Shown one piece after another: positions 10,015-20,111 of a stretch of DNA of 64,000 nt (position 1 is its first letter; each line of letters starts with the position of its first letter). The DNA lies in the NCBI GenBank assembly GCA_022564195.1, contig JADFLW010000003.1:12747-76746 (forward strand), written 5' to 3'. A model generated the notes under the pieces. The model saw nothing but the letters and a program-made list of their open reading frames with translations, was not told where the DNA came from and did not search any database. Made by a program: the position numbers and the translations under genes. This stretch comes from Patescibacteria group bacterium. GTDB lineage: Bacteria; Patescibacteriota; Microgenomatia; UBA1400; Chisholmbacteraceae.

Positions 10015-11201
10015 AGATTCTGATGATTACCCCCTATCTGCCGTACCCATTGCTCTCAGGAGGCCAAATCCGAACCTACAATCTTTTGAAAAATCTCAAA
10101 GACAAACATGAAATCCACCTCTACGCACTCATCAAAGACGATGCCGAGAAGAAGTCTGTTTCAGAACTTGAAAAGTTTTGCAGGACGGTTAATTTATTCA
10201 AAAGAAGCAAACGCCCTTTCACCCTTCGTAATGTGCTTTTAGCCGCGGTCACCCCATACCCTTTTTTGGTAACCAGAAATCTTCCAATCAAGGCAAAATC
10301 AGTGATCACGAACGCACTCAACAAAGGTAACTTTGATCTCATTCACGCAGAAACCTTCTATGTCATGCCAAATATTCCCCAAACGCCGGTGCCGATTCTC
10401 CTTGTTGAGCAGACGATAGAATATCTCGTGTATCAGGACTTTGTAAAACAGTTCAGAGTAGCCCCATTAAAGCCGTTCCTCATGTTTGATGTCTACAAAA
10501 TTAAACGATGGGAGAAGTACTACTGGAGGAGAGCCAAGAGACTCGCCACCATGTCCGAAGAAGATAGACAGTTCATACGTGAGGTTGTGCCTGAAGCAAA
10601 AATTGACGTTGTGTCCAATGGGGTGGACGCAGAATTTTTTCAAGAAGTGAAGCGCAAAAGGCTTTCTTCGCCGGTCGTGTTGTTTGTCGGCCAATTCAAG
10701 TGGATGCCCAACAGAGACGCCGCCCACTTCATTCATCGGGAAATTTGGCCTCACATAAAACGTGCCGCTCCCGATTGCAAGTTGTGGATTGTTGGAAGAC
10801 ATCCAACGGCAGATATCCAAGCCCTAAACAACGAACCTGATGTTGTTGTCGATGACGGGATAGAGGACATTCGTCAGGCGTATGCGGCGGCAAGCGTATT
10901 GTTAGCGCCCATTCGAAGTGGCAGAGGAACAAAGTACAAGATTTTGGAGGCAATGGCATCCGGGACACCAGTGGTCGCCACCTCCCTGGGAATTGAGGGA
11001 ATCAAAGCCGTGAACGGAACCCACGTCTTGATTGCGGATGACGCTGAGGGATTGGCAGAGAAGACAATAGAAATTCTCTCAAACCAGGAAAAAGCCAAGG
11101 GCATCGCTGAAGCTGCCAAAAAACTCATTCTGAAGCACTATAATTGGAAGAAGATATCACGAGAGCTCGATAGAATCTACAGACAATTAGGAAAAGCATG
11201 A
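10011..11201 (+). CDS. glycosyltransferase family 4
   Basis: 'KILEAMASGTPVVATSLGIEGI' motif. Confidence 0.8.
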   Translation: MKILMITPYLPYPLLSGGQIRTYNLLKNLKDKHEIHLYALIKDDAEKKSVSELEKFCRTVNLFKRSKRPFTLRNVLLAAVTPYPFLVTRNLPIKAKSVITNALNKGNFDLIHAETFYVMPNIPQTPVPILLVEQTIEYLVYQDFVKQFRVAPLKPFLMFDVYKIKRWEKYYWRRAKRLATMSEEDRQFIREVVPEAKIDVVSNGVDAEFFQEVKRKRLSSPVVLFVGQFKWMPNRDAAHFIHREIWPHIKRAAPDCKLWIVGRHPTADIQALNNEPDVVVDDGIEDIRQAYAAASVLLAPIRSGRGTKYKILEAMASGTPVVATSLGIEGIKAVNGTHVLIADDAEGLAEKTIEILSNQEKAKGIAEAAKKLILKHYNWKKISRELDRIYRQLGKA

Positions 11202-12103
11202 AGCTCAGCATCGTCATTTTAAACTTCAACACACGCGAGTACGTCCTCCAGTGCTTGCGATCCATAGAAGAGCAAAATATCGATCCGAAGGCGAATACGC
11301 TGGAAGTCATTGTCTCCGATAATGGATCAACTGATGGATCTGTTGAGGCAATACGGGAAAAATTCCCTTGGGTGAAAATCATTGAGAATAAGAAAAACAT
11401 CGGATTCGCCGCCGGAAATAACAGAGCGATAAAGCAAGCTCGCGGAAAGATCATCTTGCTTTTAAATTCGGACACCATCGTTCTCCCAGATTCCTTCGAG
11501 AAGATGCTTGAGTTTTTAGATAAGACTAAAGATGCTGGTGCGGCAACGGCGCGCCTTGAACTTAAAGATGGGGCGTTAGATCTGGGGTGCCACCGCGGTT
11601 TTCCAACGCCCTGGAATGCGATAACATATTTCTTAAGACTCGAGAGGTTATTCCCCAATGTGCCAGTGTTTTCCGGATACCATCAGTCTTGGAAGGATTT
11701 CAACGTGGCCCATGAGGTCGATGCGATTTCGGGGGCCTGTTTTTTTGTGCGAAGAAAGGTCGTCGAAGAAGTGGGATTGCTCGACGAGCGCTACTTCATG
11801 TATGCAGAGGACCTGGACTGGTGTATGCGGATAAAAAAAGCTGGTTGGAAGATTTACTACGTTCCCGACGCCAAAATCACCCATTTTAAAAAGCGATCGG
11901 GAAGAAGCAAGGCCGAGGGATTGCCAGTATCCCCAGAAACGAGGAAACTGCGAGCAAAAACGATTACCTATTTCTATGACACCATGAGGATCTTCTATGA
12001 TAAACACTACAAAGAAAAGTATCCTAGTTGGCTGAGAGCACTCGTAGTAGCAGGAATCTGGCTGCTCACAGCAGTAAAACTCATCCGCAACCGCTTTCTA
12101 TGA
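11198..12103 (+). CDS. glycosyltransferase family 2
   Basis: 'LSIVILNFNTREYV...VIVSDNGSTDGS' motif. Confidence 0.75.
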   Translation: MKLSIVILNFNTREYVLQCLRSIEEQNIDPKANTLEVIVSDNGSTDGSVEAIREKFPWVKIIENKKNIGFAAGNNRAIKQARGKIILLLNSDTIVLPDSFEKMLEFLDKTKDAGAATARLELKDGALDLGCHRGFPTPWNAITYFLRLERLFPNVPVFSGYHQSWKDFNVAHEVDAISGACFFVRRKVVEEVGLLDERYFMYAEDLDWCMRIKKAGWKIYYVPDAKITHFKKRSGRSKAEGLPVSPETRKLRAKTITYFYDTMRIFYDKHYKEKYPSWLRALVVAGIWLLTAVKLIRNRFL

Positions 12104-12186
12104 AGCGTACTGGCTCTCTAAGAAAGATATCTAAGGGTACGAATGCTGAAATCTCGCCGAAGCCCCGCTTGGTGGGACGGAGGCGG

Positions 12187-13323
12187 ATGAACATTGGTAT
12201 CGATGCCCGCTTTTGGGGATTGGAACATGCTGGCCTCGGGCGATACGTCATGGAGCTCGTCTCCCACTTGGCTCGCCTCGATCGAAAAAACCGCTACACG
12301 CTTTTCTTACGCAAACCTTACGATAAGGAATTAAAGCTTCCAAAAAACTTTGCGCTTGTGAGTGCCAATATCCGCCACTATACCATCGAAGAGCAATGGT
12401 TGCTTGCGGAAATATTTTCCAGGGCAAACCTCGACCTCCTTCATGTTCCCCACTTCAACGTCCCGCTGCTTTATAGAAGACCATTCATCGTGACCATTCA
12501 TGACCTGCTATGGCATGAGGTGAAAGGGCTGTCGGTGACGACCCAAAATACGCTCGTGTATCTCGTGAAATACATTGGATACCGAGCAATCGTTTCCCGC
12601 GTATTAAAGAATTCAGTGCGCATTTTAGTTCCGAGCAAAGTCATACGAGACAAGCTCGTCAACGAGCGTAGAGTAGAGAGAAAGAGAGTTCAAGTGACCT
12701 ACGAAGCGCCGAGCAAAATTTTTAGACCAGTAAGAAAGAAAGCGTCAATTCTTGCCAAATATCGGATCACCGAACCGTTTGTAATCTACGTGGGAAGTGC
12801 CTATCCGCACAAAAACATCGCCGCCGCCGCCGCCGCCGCCAAACTTATCAACGACCGTGGACACACAATCAAGCTTGTTGTTGCCAGCTCCCGCTCGGTC
12901 TTTTTAGATCGATTACGCAGGGAGCTTAAAAAGCAGGGGTCAGAAAAATTTGTGCGCCTCGTAGGATTCGTTCCCGACTATGACTTGGTCATCCTCTTTG
13001 CTCACGCGAAAGCTCTGATTCAACCATCATTGTCGGAGGGATTCGGGCTCACCGGGTTGGAAGCGATGGCCGCCGGACTCCCGGTGATTGCATCGAAGCT
13101 CAAGGTATTTGAAGAAATCTATAAGGACGCGGCTGTCTACATCGATCCGCAGTCGCCGGAAGAAATAGCTGATGAACTCGAAAAGATGGTAAGCAACGAA
13201 AACCTAAGACAACGTGTCATCAAAGCTGGCCTGTCCCGCACAAAGCAATTTAGCTGGTCTCGTCTTGCAAAAAAGACCCTACAAGTGTATGAAGATGCAG
13301 CGGAAGCGCAAAGGAAAGCATGA
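12187..13323 (+). CDS. glycosyltransferase family 4
   Basis: 'EGFGLTGLEAMAAGLPVIAS' motif. Start set at 'MNIGIDARF', preceded by a GGAGG SD, rather than the longer ORF start at 12028. Contains a poly-Ala run. Confidence 0.75.
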   Translation: MNIGIDARFWGLEHAGLGRYVMELVSHLARLDRKNRYTLFLRKPYDKELKLPKNFALVSANIRHYTIEEQWLLAEIFSRANLDLLHVPHFNVPLLYRRPFIVTIHDLLWHEVKGLSVTTQNTLVYLVKYIGYRAIVSRVLKNSVRILVPSKVIRDKLVNERRVERKRVQVTYEAPSKIFRPVRKKASILAKYRITEPFVIYVGSAYPHKNIAAAAAAAKLINDRGHTIKLVVASSRSVFLDRLRRELKKQGSEKFVRLVGFVPDYDLVILFAHAKALIQPSLSEGFGLTGLEAMAAGLPVIASKLKVFEEIYKDAAVYIDPQSPEEIADELEKMVSNENLRQRVIKAGLSRTKQFSWSRLAKKTLQVYEDAAEAQRKA

Positions 13324-14435
13324 GAACGGCACTCGTCTACGACAGGGTAAACAAAATCGGTGGGGCGGAACGGGTGCTTGGCACACTGCACAAGATGTAC
13401 CCGGCTGCCCCGCTTTTTACTGCCGTCTATCATGAGAAGAATGCGCCTTGGGCGAGAGAATGGGATGTCCGACCATCGTTCTTAAATCTCTTCCCACTGG
13501 CCCGTTCAACCCATGAGTTATACCCTTGGCTCACACCGCTCGCCTTTGAAAGCTTCGATTTTGAGGGATTCGACATGGTCATAAATGTCACCAGTGCTGA
13601 AGCAAAAGGAATTCTTACCAAGCCAGAGACCGTGCACCTCTGCTATTGCCTGACACCCACGCAATACCTTTGGGTCAACCCGAAACTATATGAGGAAGCC
13701 ATCCCTCGAATCTTAAGACCGCTAGCCAGGCCCGTATTTTCCTATTTGCGGCACTGGGATAAAATTGCCAGTCAACGCCCGGATGAGATGATCGCAATTT
13801 CAAAAACCGTTCAACGAAGGATTAAAAAGCACTATGGGCGAGATACAGAGGTAATCTATCCACCCGTGGATGTTGAGCGATTCAAGCAAAAGGAAACCAA
13901 GGACAAAGGGCCGCCAACCAACGATCATTTTCTCGTCGTTTCTCGACTCGTTCCATACAAACGCATAGATCTTGTGATTGATGCGTGCAACGCACGTAAA
14001 GTTCCATTGATTATTGTTGGCACGGGGCTTGAGATGAAAAAGCTGAAGCGTCGTGCGGGACCAACGATCCAGTTTGTAGGAAAATTGACAGAGAGTGAAC
14101 TCGTTATGTACTATCAAAGATGCCGTGCCCTGATTTTCCCACAAGAAGAGGATTTCGGCATCAGCGTTGTTGAAGCGCAAGCGGCAGGCAAGCCAGTGAT
14201 TGCCTTCAACAAAGGAGGAGCGACAGAAATCATTCGGACAGGGAAAACGGGCATCTTTTTTTCTCGCCAGAAAGTTGCATCGCTTGTCAACGCAATGGAA
14301 GAGTTTGAAAAATCACAGTTCAGCGCAAGAGTCTGTCAAACAAACGCCAAGCGTTTCAGTAAGGAAAGATTTATGAGAGAATTGAGAATAAAGGTGGAGG
14401 AGCTATGGCAGGAGCACAGAAGAAAATCCCGATAA
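13320..14435 (+). CDS. glycosyltransferase family 4
   Basis: 'FGISVVEAQAAGKPVIAFNKGGATEII' motif. Confidence 0.75.
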   Translation: MRTALVYDRVNKIGGAERVLGTLHKMYPAAPLFTAVYHEKNAPWAREWDVRPSFLNLFPLARSTHELYPWLTPLAFESFDFEGFDMVINVTSAEAKGILTKPETVHLCYCLTPTQYLWVNPKLYEEAIPRILRPLARPVFSYLRHWDKIASQRPDEMIAISKTVQRRIKKHYGRDTEVIYPPVDVERFKQKETKDKGPPTNDHFLVVSRLVPYKRIDLVIDACNARKVPLIIVGTGLEMKKLKRRAGPTIQFVGKLTESELVMYYQRCRALIFPQEEDFGISVVEAQAAGKPVIAFNKGGATEIIRTGKTGIFFSRQKVASLVNAMEEFEKSQFSARVCQTNAKRFSKERFMRELRIKVEELWQEHRRKSR

Positions 14436-15502
14436 AAGTCCTCATCATGTGTGGTGGAAAAGGCACCCGTATGTGGCCGATAAGCAACATCGGCCACCCG
14501 AAGCAGTTTGAGAATCTTCTGGGGAAACAATCAATGTTTCGACAGACCATAGAACGGGTGCTGAAAGGATTCCCGCCCGAGGACATCTATGTCGCTACGA
14601 GCGAGAAATTCGCCAAGTTTATCAAAAACCAAGCGCCAGAAGTTCCTCATGATCATTTCATCCTGGAACCAGCGATGAGGGATAATTTGGGAGCAATTGG
14701 TCTGGCAGCCGCGGTTATCAATCATCACCACCCTGACTCAGTGATGATTATTCTCTGGGGATCTGATCATATCGTCAAAAAGGTAGATAAGTTTTTGCAG
14801 GCGTTAAAACAGGCAGCCCAGTTGGCTTACGAGAACGACGTTATCGTCCACGTTGACACGTCTCCCAGTTATCCATCAGTGCACAATGGCTGGATAAAAA
14901 TCGGAAAGCGAATAAAAAAAATTGGAGACAACGAAGTGTACGAATTCATTTGCCAAGTGGAGAAGCCCGACAAAGAAACCGCAAAAACATTTTTCCGCTC
15001 CCGCAACTACCTCATTCACGTCGGGTACATGGCTGCAAAACCCGCTTTGCTTTTACGCTACTACCGCGAGTACGCTCCTGACGCCTACAAAGTCATCAAG
15101 AGAATTCAGCAAACAATTGGCACCAGTAAATTCAGAAAAACGTTAGAAAGAGAGTATCCTACGTTTGAAAAAGTTTCCGTTGACTATGGATTGTTTGAAA
15201 AACTTCCACCGAAAAGTCAGTGGGAGCTCCCAGTTGATATGGGTTGGATCGATGTCGGAACCTGGGAACTTCTGTATCTTGGACTCGATAAAGACGAGAA
15301 AGGAAATGTCGTGATCGGTGAAGCCCACCTTATTGATACAAAAAAATCACTGATCATAAGTAAGAATAAGGGAGTGATAGGGGTAATTGGCTTGCAAGAG
15401 ATGATTGTTGTGGAAACGGACGAAGGACTGTTGGTATGTCCTTTGAGTGCGGCTCCCAAAGTAAAGCAACTATACAACGAGCTGTACGAGAGGCCCAAGT
15501 AA
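14405..15502 (+). CDS. sugar-1-phosphate nucleotidyltransferase, mannose-1-phosphate guanylyltransferase-like
   Basis: N-terminal 'LIMCGGKGTRMWP...PKQF' NTP-transferase signature. The size and C-terminal domain resemble ManC. Confidence 0.6.
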   Translation: MAGAQKKIPIKVLIMCGGKGTRMWPISNIGHPKQFENLLGKQSMFRQTIERVLKGFPPEDIYVATSEKFAKFIKNQAPEVPHDHFILEPAMRDNLGAIGLAAAVINHHHPDSVMIILWGSDHIVKKVDKFLQALKQAAQLAYENDVIVHVDTSPSYPSVHNGWIKIGKRIKKIGDNEVYEFICQVEKPDKETAKTFFRSRNYLIHVGYMAAKPALLLRYYREYAPDAYKVIKRIQQTIGTSKFRKTLEREYPTFEKVSVDYGLFEKLPPKSQWELPVDMGWIDVGTWELLYLGLDKDEKGNVVIGEAHLIDTKKSLIISKNKGVIGVIGLQEMIVVETDEGLLVCPLSAAPKVKQLYNELYERPK

Positions 15503-15514
15503 CAGATTATTGCA

Positions 15515-16150
15515 ATGATGAAAACCAACTGGTACTTCGAGCCAGTCAAAAGGGTCATGGATATCATTCTAGCGCTGGCACTCATGGTGGTATTCTTGCC
15601 GATCTGGATTGTGATCCCGATCCTCGTCATCCTCGATTCTCCAGGCCCCATAATTTACCGGCATCGAAGAGTAGGCAAGGGAGACAAGGAGTTTTGGATG
15701 TATAAGTTTCGGAGCATGGTGCATAATGCCGATGAGATTCTCTTTAAAAAAGACAAAAAACTTTTGAAAAAGTTTAAAGATAGCGACTGGAAACTTGAGA
15801 AAGATCCGCGAATCACGATACTGGGAAAAATCATGCGCTCAATCACCATCGACGAATTCCCCCAACTCCTAAACGTCCTCAAAGGAGAGATGAGTCTTGT
15901 CGGCCCCCGAGCCTATGTGAAGGAGGAGTTGAAAGAACAACAGCGTAAGTACCCAGAAACAGAAGCCTGGATTGAAGACATTCTGACAATCAAGCCAGGG
16001 ATCACCGGGCCATGGCAAACATCGGGCCGCAATATCGTGCCCTTCAACGTACGAGCCGAGATGGACGCAGAGTATGCAAGAAAGAAATCGATTTTGGAAG
16101 ACATGATCATTATTCTCAAAACACCAGGGGCGATGTTCAGCAAATGGTAG
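15515..16150 (+). CDS. polyprenyl-phosphate sugar phosphotransferase (PglC/WbaP C-terminal-type initiating enzyme)
   Basis: 'DEFPQLLNVLKGEMSLVGPRA' bacterial sugar-transferase signature. It is the short one-TM form. Confidence 0.8.
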   Translation: MMKTNWYFEPVKRVMDIILALALMVVFLPIWIVIPILVILDSPGPIIYRHRRVGKGDKEFWMYKFRSMVHNADEILFKKDKKLLKKFKDSDWKLEKDPRITILGKIMRSITIDEFPQLLNVLKGEMSLVGPRAYVKEELKEQQRKYPETEAWIEDILTIKPGITGPWQTSGRNIVPFNVRAEMDAEYARKKSILEDMIIILKTPGAMFSKW

Positions 16151-16160
16151 AGGGAAAACG

Positions 16161-18122
16161 ATGAAGAAAATACAGTTGCTTAAGTTCTCCAAAGAGAAGA
16201 AACAGGCAAACCCAAATAGTAGAGATGAACAACAGCCAGTTCAAGCTGAAGCGGAGGATAGCCCGGGGAAACCGAAACCCCGCTGGCTGAAAGGGATTGG
16301 CATCGCGCTGGCCGCAATTTTCCTTATCGGAGGATTAGCCACGAGCGTTGCTGCCCTACAGGCCCGCAGTGTCGCTGCAGCTGCGAAAAAAACGGTGCAA
16401 GCCGCAAGAGCGGCGTACGACGCGGGCAAAAACCAAGATTTAATTGCCGCCAATCAGCAACTTGAGGACGTAAAAGCCAATCTCGACGAAACACAGCGTC
16501 GCTTTCAGACCTTGAGTTGGACCAAGTGGATCCCAATCGCTGGCAGCTACTGGCGTGATGGGGATCATGCCCTGAACGCGGCAAAAGCGAGCCTAGAAGC
16601 TGCTGATGTATTGGTGGACGCGATCGAGCCATACGCGGACGTCTTAGGCTTCAAGGGCCAAGGCAGTTTCCTGGGCGGCACAGCAGAAGACCGGATCGTG
16701 AAGGCATTAGAGACCTTGGATAAAGTTACCCCGCAACTCGATATCGTCGCCGAAAAATTAGAAATTGTCAATCAAGAACTTGGACAAATCGACCCGAAGA
16801 GATATCGCTTCACATATCAAGGGACAAAAGTCGATGACACAATTCGATTGGCGCAAAATTTGGCGCAAGATACGCTCTTCGCGGTGACCAAGGCCAAACC
16901 GGCAATCGAGAAACTACCAAAGATCATGGGCGTAGAAGGGGAAAGGAAGTACATGGTGCTGTTTCAAAACGATGCGGAATTGCGAGCAACTGGCGGGTTC
17001 ATGACAGCCTTCGCCATATTACGCATCGAGAAAGGAAAAGTATTCCAGGAGAAAAGCGAGGATATCTACGCCTTGGATAGCAAATTCAACTCCCGTATTC
17101 CAGCGCCAGAAATTATTCGTAAGTACCTTCCGCTCGTCTATCGCTATAACTTACGAGACATGAATCTCTCTCCCGATTTCAAGGTGTCAATGGACGAATT
17201 TTCTGGATACTACAATGAACTGCCTGGCGAACCGGAAATCGACGGAATCATTGCCGTCGACACCCAGGTATTAAAAGACATCGTCGAAGTCCTTGGTCCG
17301 ATCGAAGTGCCAGGCTACGGCACCTTCACCGCGGAGAATGATCCGCGATGCGAGTGTCCACAGATTGTTTACGAATTAGAGCTGTTGGTGAGCAGACCAG
17401 TTGCGACGTTGCGAAAAGACAGAAAGGGGGTGTTAGGACCCATGCTGCAGACCATTCTCATGAAATCTTATGCCGCACCAAAACAAATTTGGCCGAATCT
17501 GTTTCAGGCAATAATCCGCAATGTGGACGAGAAACACGTTCTGTTTTATTTCTACGATTCTGAGGAACAACGGGCGATGGAGCTTCTCAATATCGCTGGG
17601 CGAATAGAGGAGTATGAAGGCGATTATTTTCATCTTAATGACACGAACTTTGCGGGGGCCAAGTCCAATATGTTCACCGATCACCAAGTAGAGCAAATAA
17701 TCGAAGTGGCAGATGACGGAACCATCACCAAAACCGTAACCATCAAATACCAAAATCCACACCCGCCATCGAATTGCAATCTCGAGGCGGGAGAGCTCTG
17801 TCTCAACGGCACCTTGCGCGATTTTGTCCGACTCTATGTACCGAAAGGCAGCACACTCATAGAAGCATTGGGTTCAGAGGAGGAGGTAGAAACCAAGGAA
17901 GATCTCGGAAAGACGGTGTTTGAAGGCTTCTTCACTCTACGGCCGCAAAGCCAGGCAAAATTGATCTTCCGCTACACACTGCCATTCAAAGCCAGCCAGG
18001 ACTACAACCTGCTTATCCAAAAACAGCCGGGAAAGCGAGCCCCAACCTACACCATCATCACCCCAAGCTCAAAAGAAGACTTCACCCTCAAAACCGACAA
18101 ACAACTCTCCCTCCCGCTCTAG
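16161..18122 (+). CDS. membrane-anchored hypothetical protein (possibly DUF4012-like)
   Basis: 653 aa with a basic N-terminus, a single TM helix and a large extracytoplasmic domain. It lies next to the glycan cluster. The family assignment is uncertain. Confidence 0.4.
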   Translation: MKKIQLLKFSKEKKQANPNSRDEQQPVQAEAEDSPGKPKPRWLKGIGIALAAIFLIGGLATSVAALQARSVAAAAKKTVQAARAAYDAGKNQDLIAANQQLEDVKANLDETQRRFQTLSWTKWIPIAGSYWRDGDHALNAAKASLEAADVLVDAIEPYADVLGFKGQGSFLGGTAEDRIVKALETLDKVTPQLDIVAEKLEIVNQELGQIDPKRYRFTYQGTKVDDTIRLAQNLAQDTLFAVTKAKPAIEKLPKIMGVEGERKYMVLFQNDAELRATGGFMTAFAILRIEKGKVFQEKSEDIYALDSKFNSRIPAPEIIRKYLPLVYRYNLRDMNLSPDFKVSMDEFSGYYNELPGEPEIDGIIAVDTQVLKDIVEVLGPIEVPGYGTFTAENDPRCECPQIVYELELLVSRPVATLRKDRKGVLGPMLQTILMKSYAAPKQIWPNLFQAIIRNVDEKHVLFYFYDSEEQRAMELLNIAGRIEEYEGDYFHLNDTNFAGAKSNMFTDHQVEQIIEVADDGTITKTVTIKYQNPHPPSNCNLEAGELCLNGTLRDFVRLYVPKGSTLIEALGSEEEVETKEDLGKTVFEGFFTLRPQSQAKLIFRYTLPFKASQDYNLLIQKQPGKRAPTYTIITPSSKEDFTLKTDKQLSLPL

Positions 18123-18158
18123 CCTCCCATCTCACGTGCTAAACTAGAAAATAACTCT

Positions 18159-18704
18159 ATGCGCTCGCGTACTTACAAAACCGAAGGCATCATTCTCCAA
18201 CGTCTAAACGTTGGTGAGGCAGATAGGATTCTGACGGTATTTACGAAAGCACAAGGAAAAATCAGATGCATCGCCAAAGGCGTGCGCAAACCAACCTCAA
18301 GAAAATCCGCAAGTATCGAGCTTTTCAATCGGACGACGCTGTTTATTGCTAGGGGCCGCAACTTGGACATTGTCACCCAGACGGAGGTTGTTGAAAGTTT
18401 TCCTAAGATAAGAAAGAAACTCAAGGCAATCAAGGCCGCCTATCATGTGGTTGAGCTCGTGGAGCTTCTCACTGCGCAGAATCAAGAAAACGCACGTGTT
18501 TATGAGCCGCTGCTTAGTATCTTAAGAACCATCAACAAGCAGTCACATGCCACACGACGCCAAATCTCCGGGTTCGAGAAGGAGTTGCTCAGAGAACTTG
18601 GATTCGGTACGCCAAAGCAAGATTCGCAGGCAGCCCTCATACAGTTCATCGAGTCGATCATTGAAAAGCGCTTAACATCTATAGAAATCTTCAAAGATAT
18701 CTAG
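18159..18704 (+). CDS. recO: DNA repair protein RecO (short form)
   Basis: N-terminal OB-fold pattern 'EGIILQRLNVGEADRILTVFT...G.RK..S' typical of RecO. Confidence 0.55.
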   Translation: MRSRTYKTEGIILQRLNVGEADRILTVFTKAQGKIRCIAKGVRKPTSRKSASIELFNRTTLFIARGRNLDIVTQTEVVESFPKIRKKLKAIKAAYHVVELVELLTAQNQENARVYEPLLSILRTINKQSHATRRQISGFEKELLRELGFGTPKQDSQAALIQFIESIIEKRLTSIEIFKDI

Positions 18705-18755
18705 CAATTTTCATCGTTTCCCTCTCAGTACTCATTCGTGTGATACGATATCCCT

Positions 18756-20111
18756 ATGGCAAAATTAGAGGAAGTCGTTGCACTCGCTAAACGCCGGGGG
18801 TTTGTTTATCCCGGAAGCGAGATTTATGGGGGTTTAAAGGGTTTTTGGGATTATGGACCTCTTGGAGTTGAATTGAAAAATAATATCAAAAGCGCATGGT
18901 GGAACGAAATGGTTTACGGGCGTGACGATGTTGTGGGGATTGACGCGGCCATAATCATGAATCCCAAAGTTTGGGAAGTATCCGGTCATACAGAAGCATT
19001 CACAGATCCTTTAGTTGAGTGCAAAAAGTGTCATAAGCGATTTAGAGAAGATCATGTTGAAGAGAGAAAAAAAATTCATAAAAAGATTCGTTACAAGACT
19101 AAAGGAGTAAGTAATATTACACTTACAAATGAAGATAAGTATTATTTATTTTGTTCTGATGGAGTAAGTCACGAATTTACAGAGCCGAGAGTTTTCAATC
19201 TATTAACAGAGGTTTTTTTGGGTGTCACTGAGCCCAAACAAAAAACATATCTTAGGGGAGAAGTTACTCAAGGAGTTTTTGTGAACTTTAAGAATATTCT
19301 TGATTCGACTTCTATGAAAGTCCCTTTTGGAATAGCGCAGATAGGAAAGGCGTTCAGAAATGAAATTACTCCGGGGAATTTTACTTACAGAACTCGTGAG
19401 TTTGAGCAGATGGAGCTTGAGTATTTCATCAAGCCAGATGAACAGCAAGCTGAAAAAACATTTGAGTACTGGAAAAAGGAGCGGATGGATTGGTATATTT
19501 CTTTGGGCATGACAAAAGAGAACTTACGTTTTAGAAAGCATGGGAAAGACGAAAGAGCACATTATGCAAAGTTTGCTGAGGACATTGAGTACAAAGCGCC
19601 TTTTGGTTGGAGTGAGTTTGAGGGGATTCATCACAGAGGAGATTGGGATTTGGGAAGGCACAAATTATCTTATAAAGATGATGAAACTGGAAAAGAATAT
19701 ACTCCTTGGGTTATAGAGACATCTGGTGGTGTTGATCGGTCTACCCTGTTTTTCTTAATTGACGCATATTATAAGGCTAAAGATAGGGTGGTTCTTAGAC
19801 TCCACCCCCGTCTTGCTCCTTACAAAGTAGCTGTTTTTCCGTTGTTGGCCAATAAGCCAAAGCTTGTCGAAAAAGCAAGGAAGGTCTTCGGCAAGCTCAG
19901 ACTCTCGTTTCACTCGACCTGGGATGATCGGGGTAACATCGGAAAGCGATACTACGCGCAAGACGAAATCGGGACCCCCTGGTGTGTGACAATTGACTTT
20001 AAAACCTTGGATGATGATACGGTGACGGTACGGGATCGCGACACGACCAAGCAGGAGCGTGTGAACATCACCAAACTGATAGCGTATTTCGATGAAAGGC
20101 TTAAAACCTAA
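18756..20111 (+). CDS. glyQS: glycine--tRNA ligase (dimeric class II type)
   Basis: 'RGFVYPGSEIYGGLKGFWDYGPLG' and the class II motifs. Confidence 0.85.
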   Translation: MAKLEEVVALAKRRGFVYPGSEIYGGLKGFWDYGPLGVELKNNIKSAWWNEMVYGRDDVVGIDAAIIMNPKVWEVSGHTEAFTDPLVECKKCHKRFREDHVEERKKIHKKIRYKTKGVSNITLTNEDKYYLFCSDGVSHEFTEPRVFNLLTEVFLGVTEPKQKTYLRGEVTQGVFVNFKNILDSTSMKVPFGIAQIGKAFRNEITPGNFTYRTREFEQMELEYFIKPDEQQAEKTFEYWKKERMDWYISLGMTKENLRFRKHGKDERAHYAKFAEDIEYKAPFGWSEFEGIHHRGDWDLGRHKLSYKDDETGKEYTPWVIETSGGVDRSTLFFLIDAYYKAKDRVVLRLHPRLAPYKVAVFPLLANKPKLVEKARKVFGKLRLSFHSTWDDRGNIGKRYYAQDEIGTPWCVTIDFKTLDDDTVTVRDRDTTKQERVNITKLIAYFDERLKT

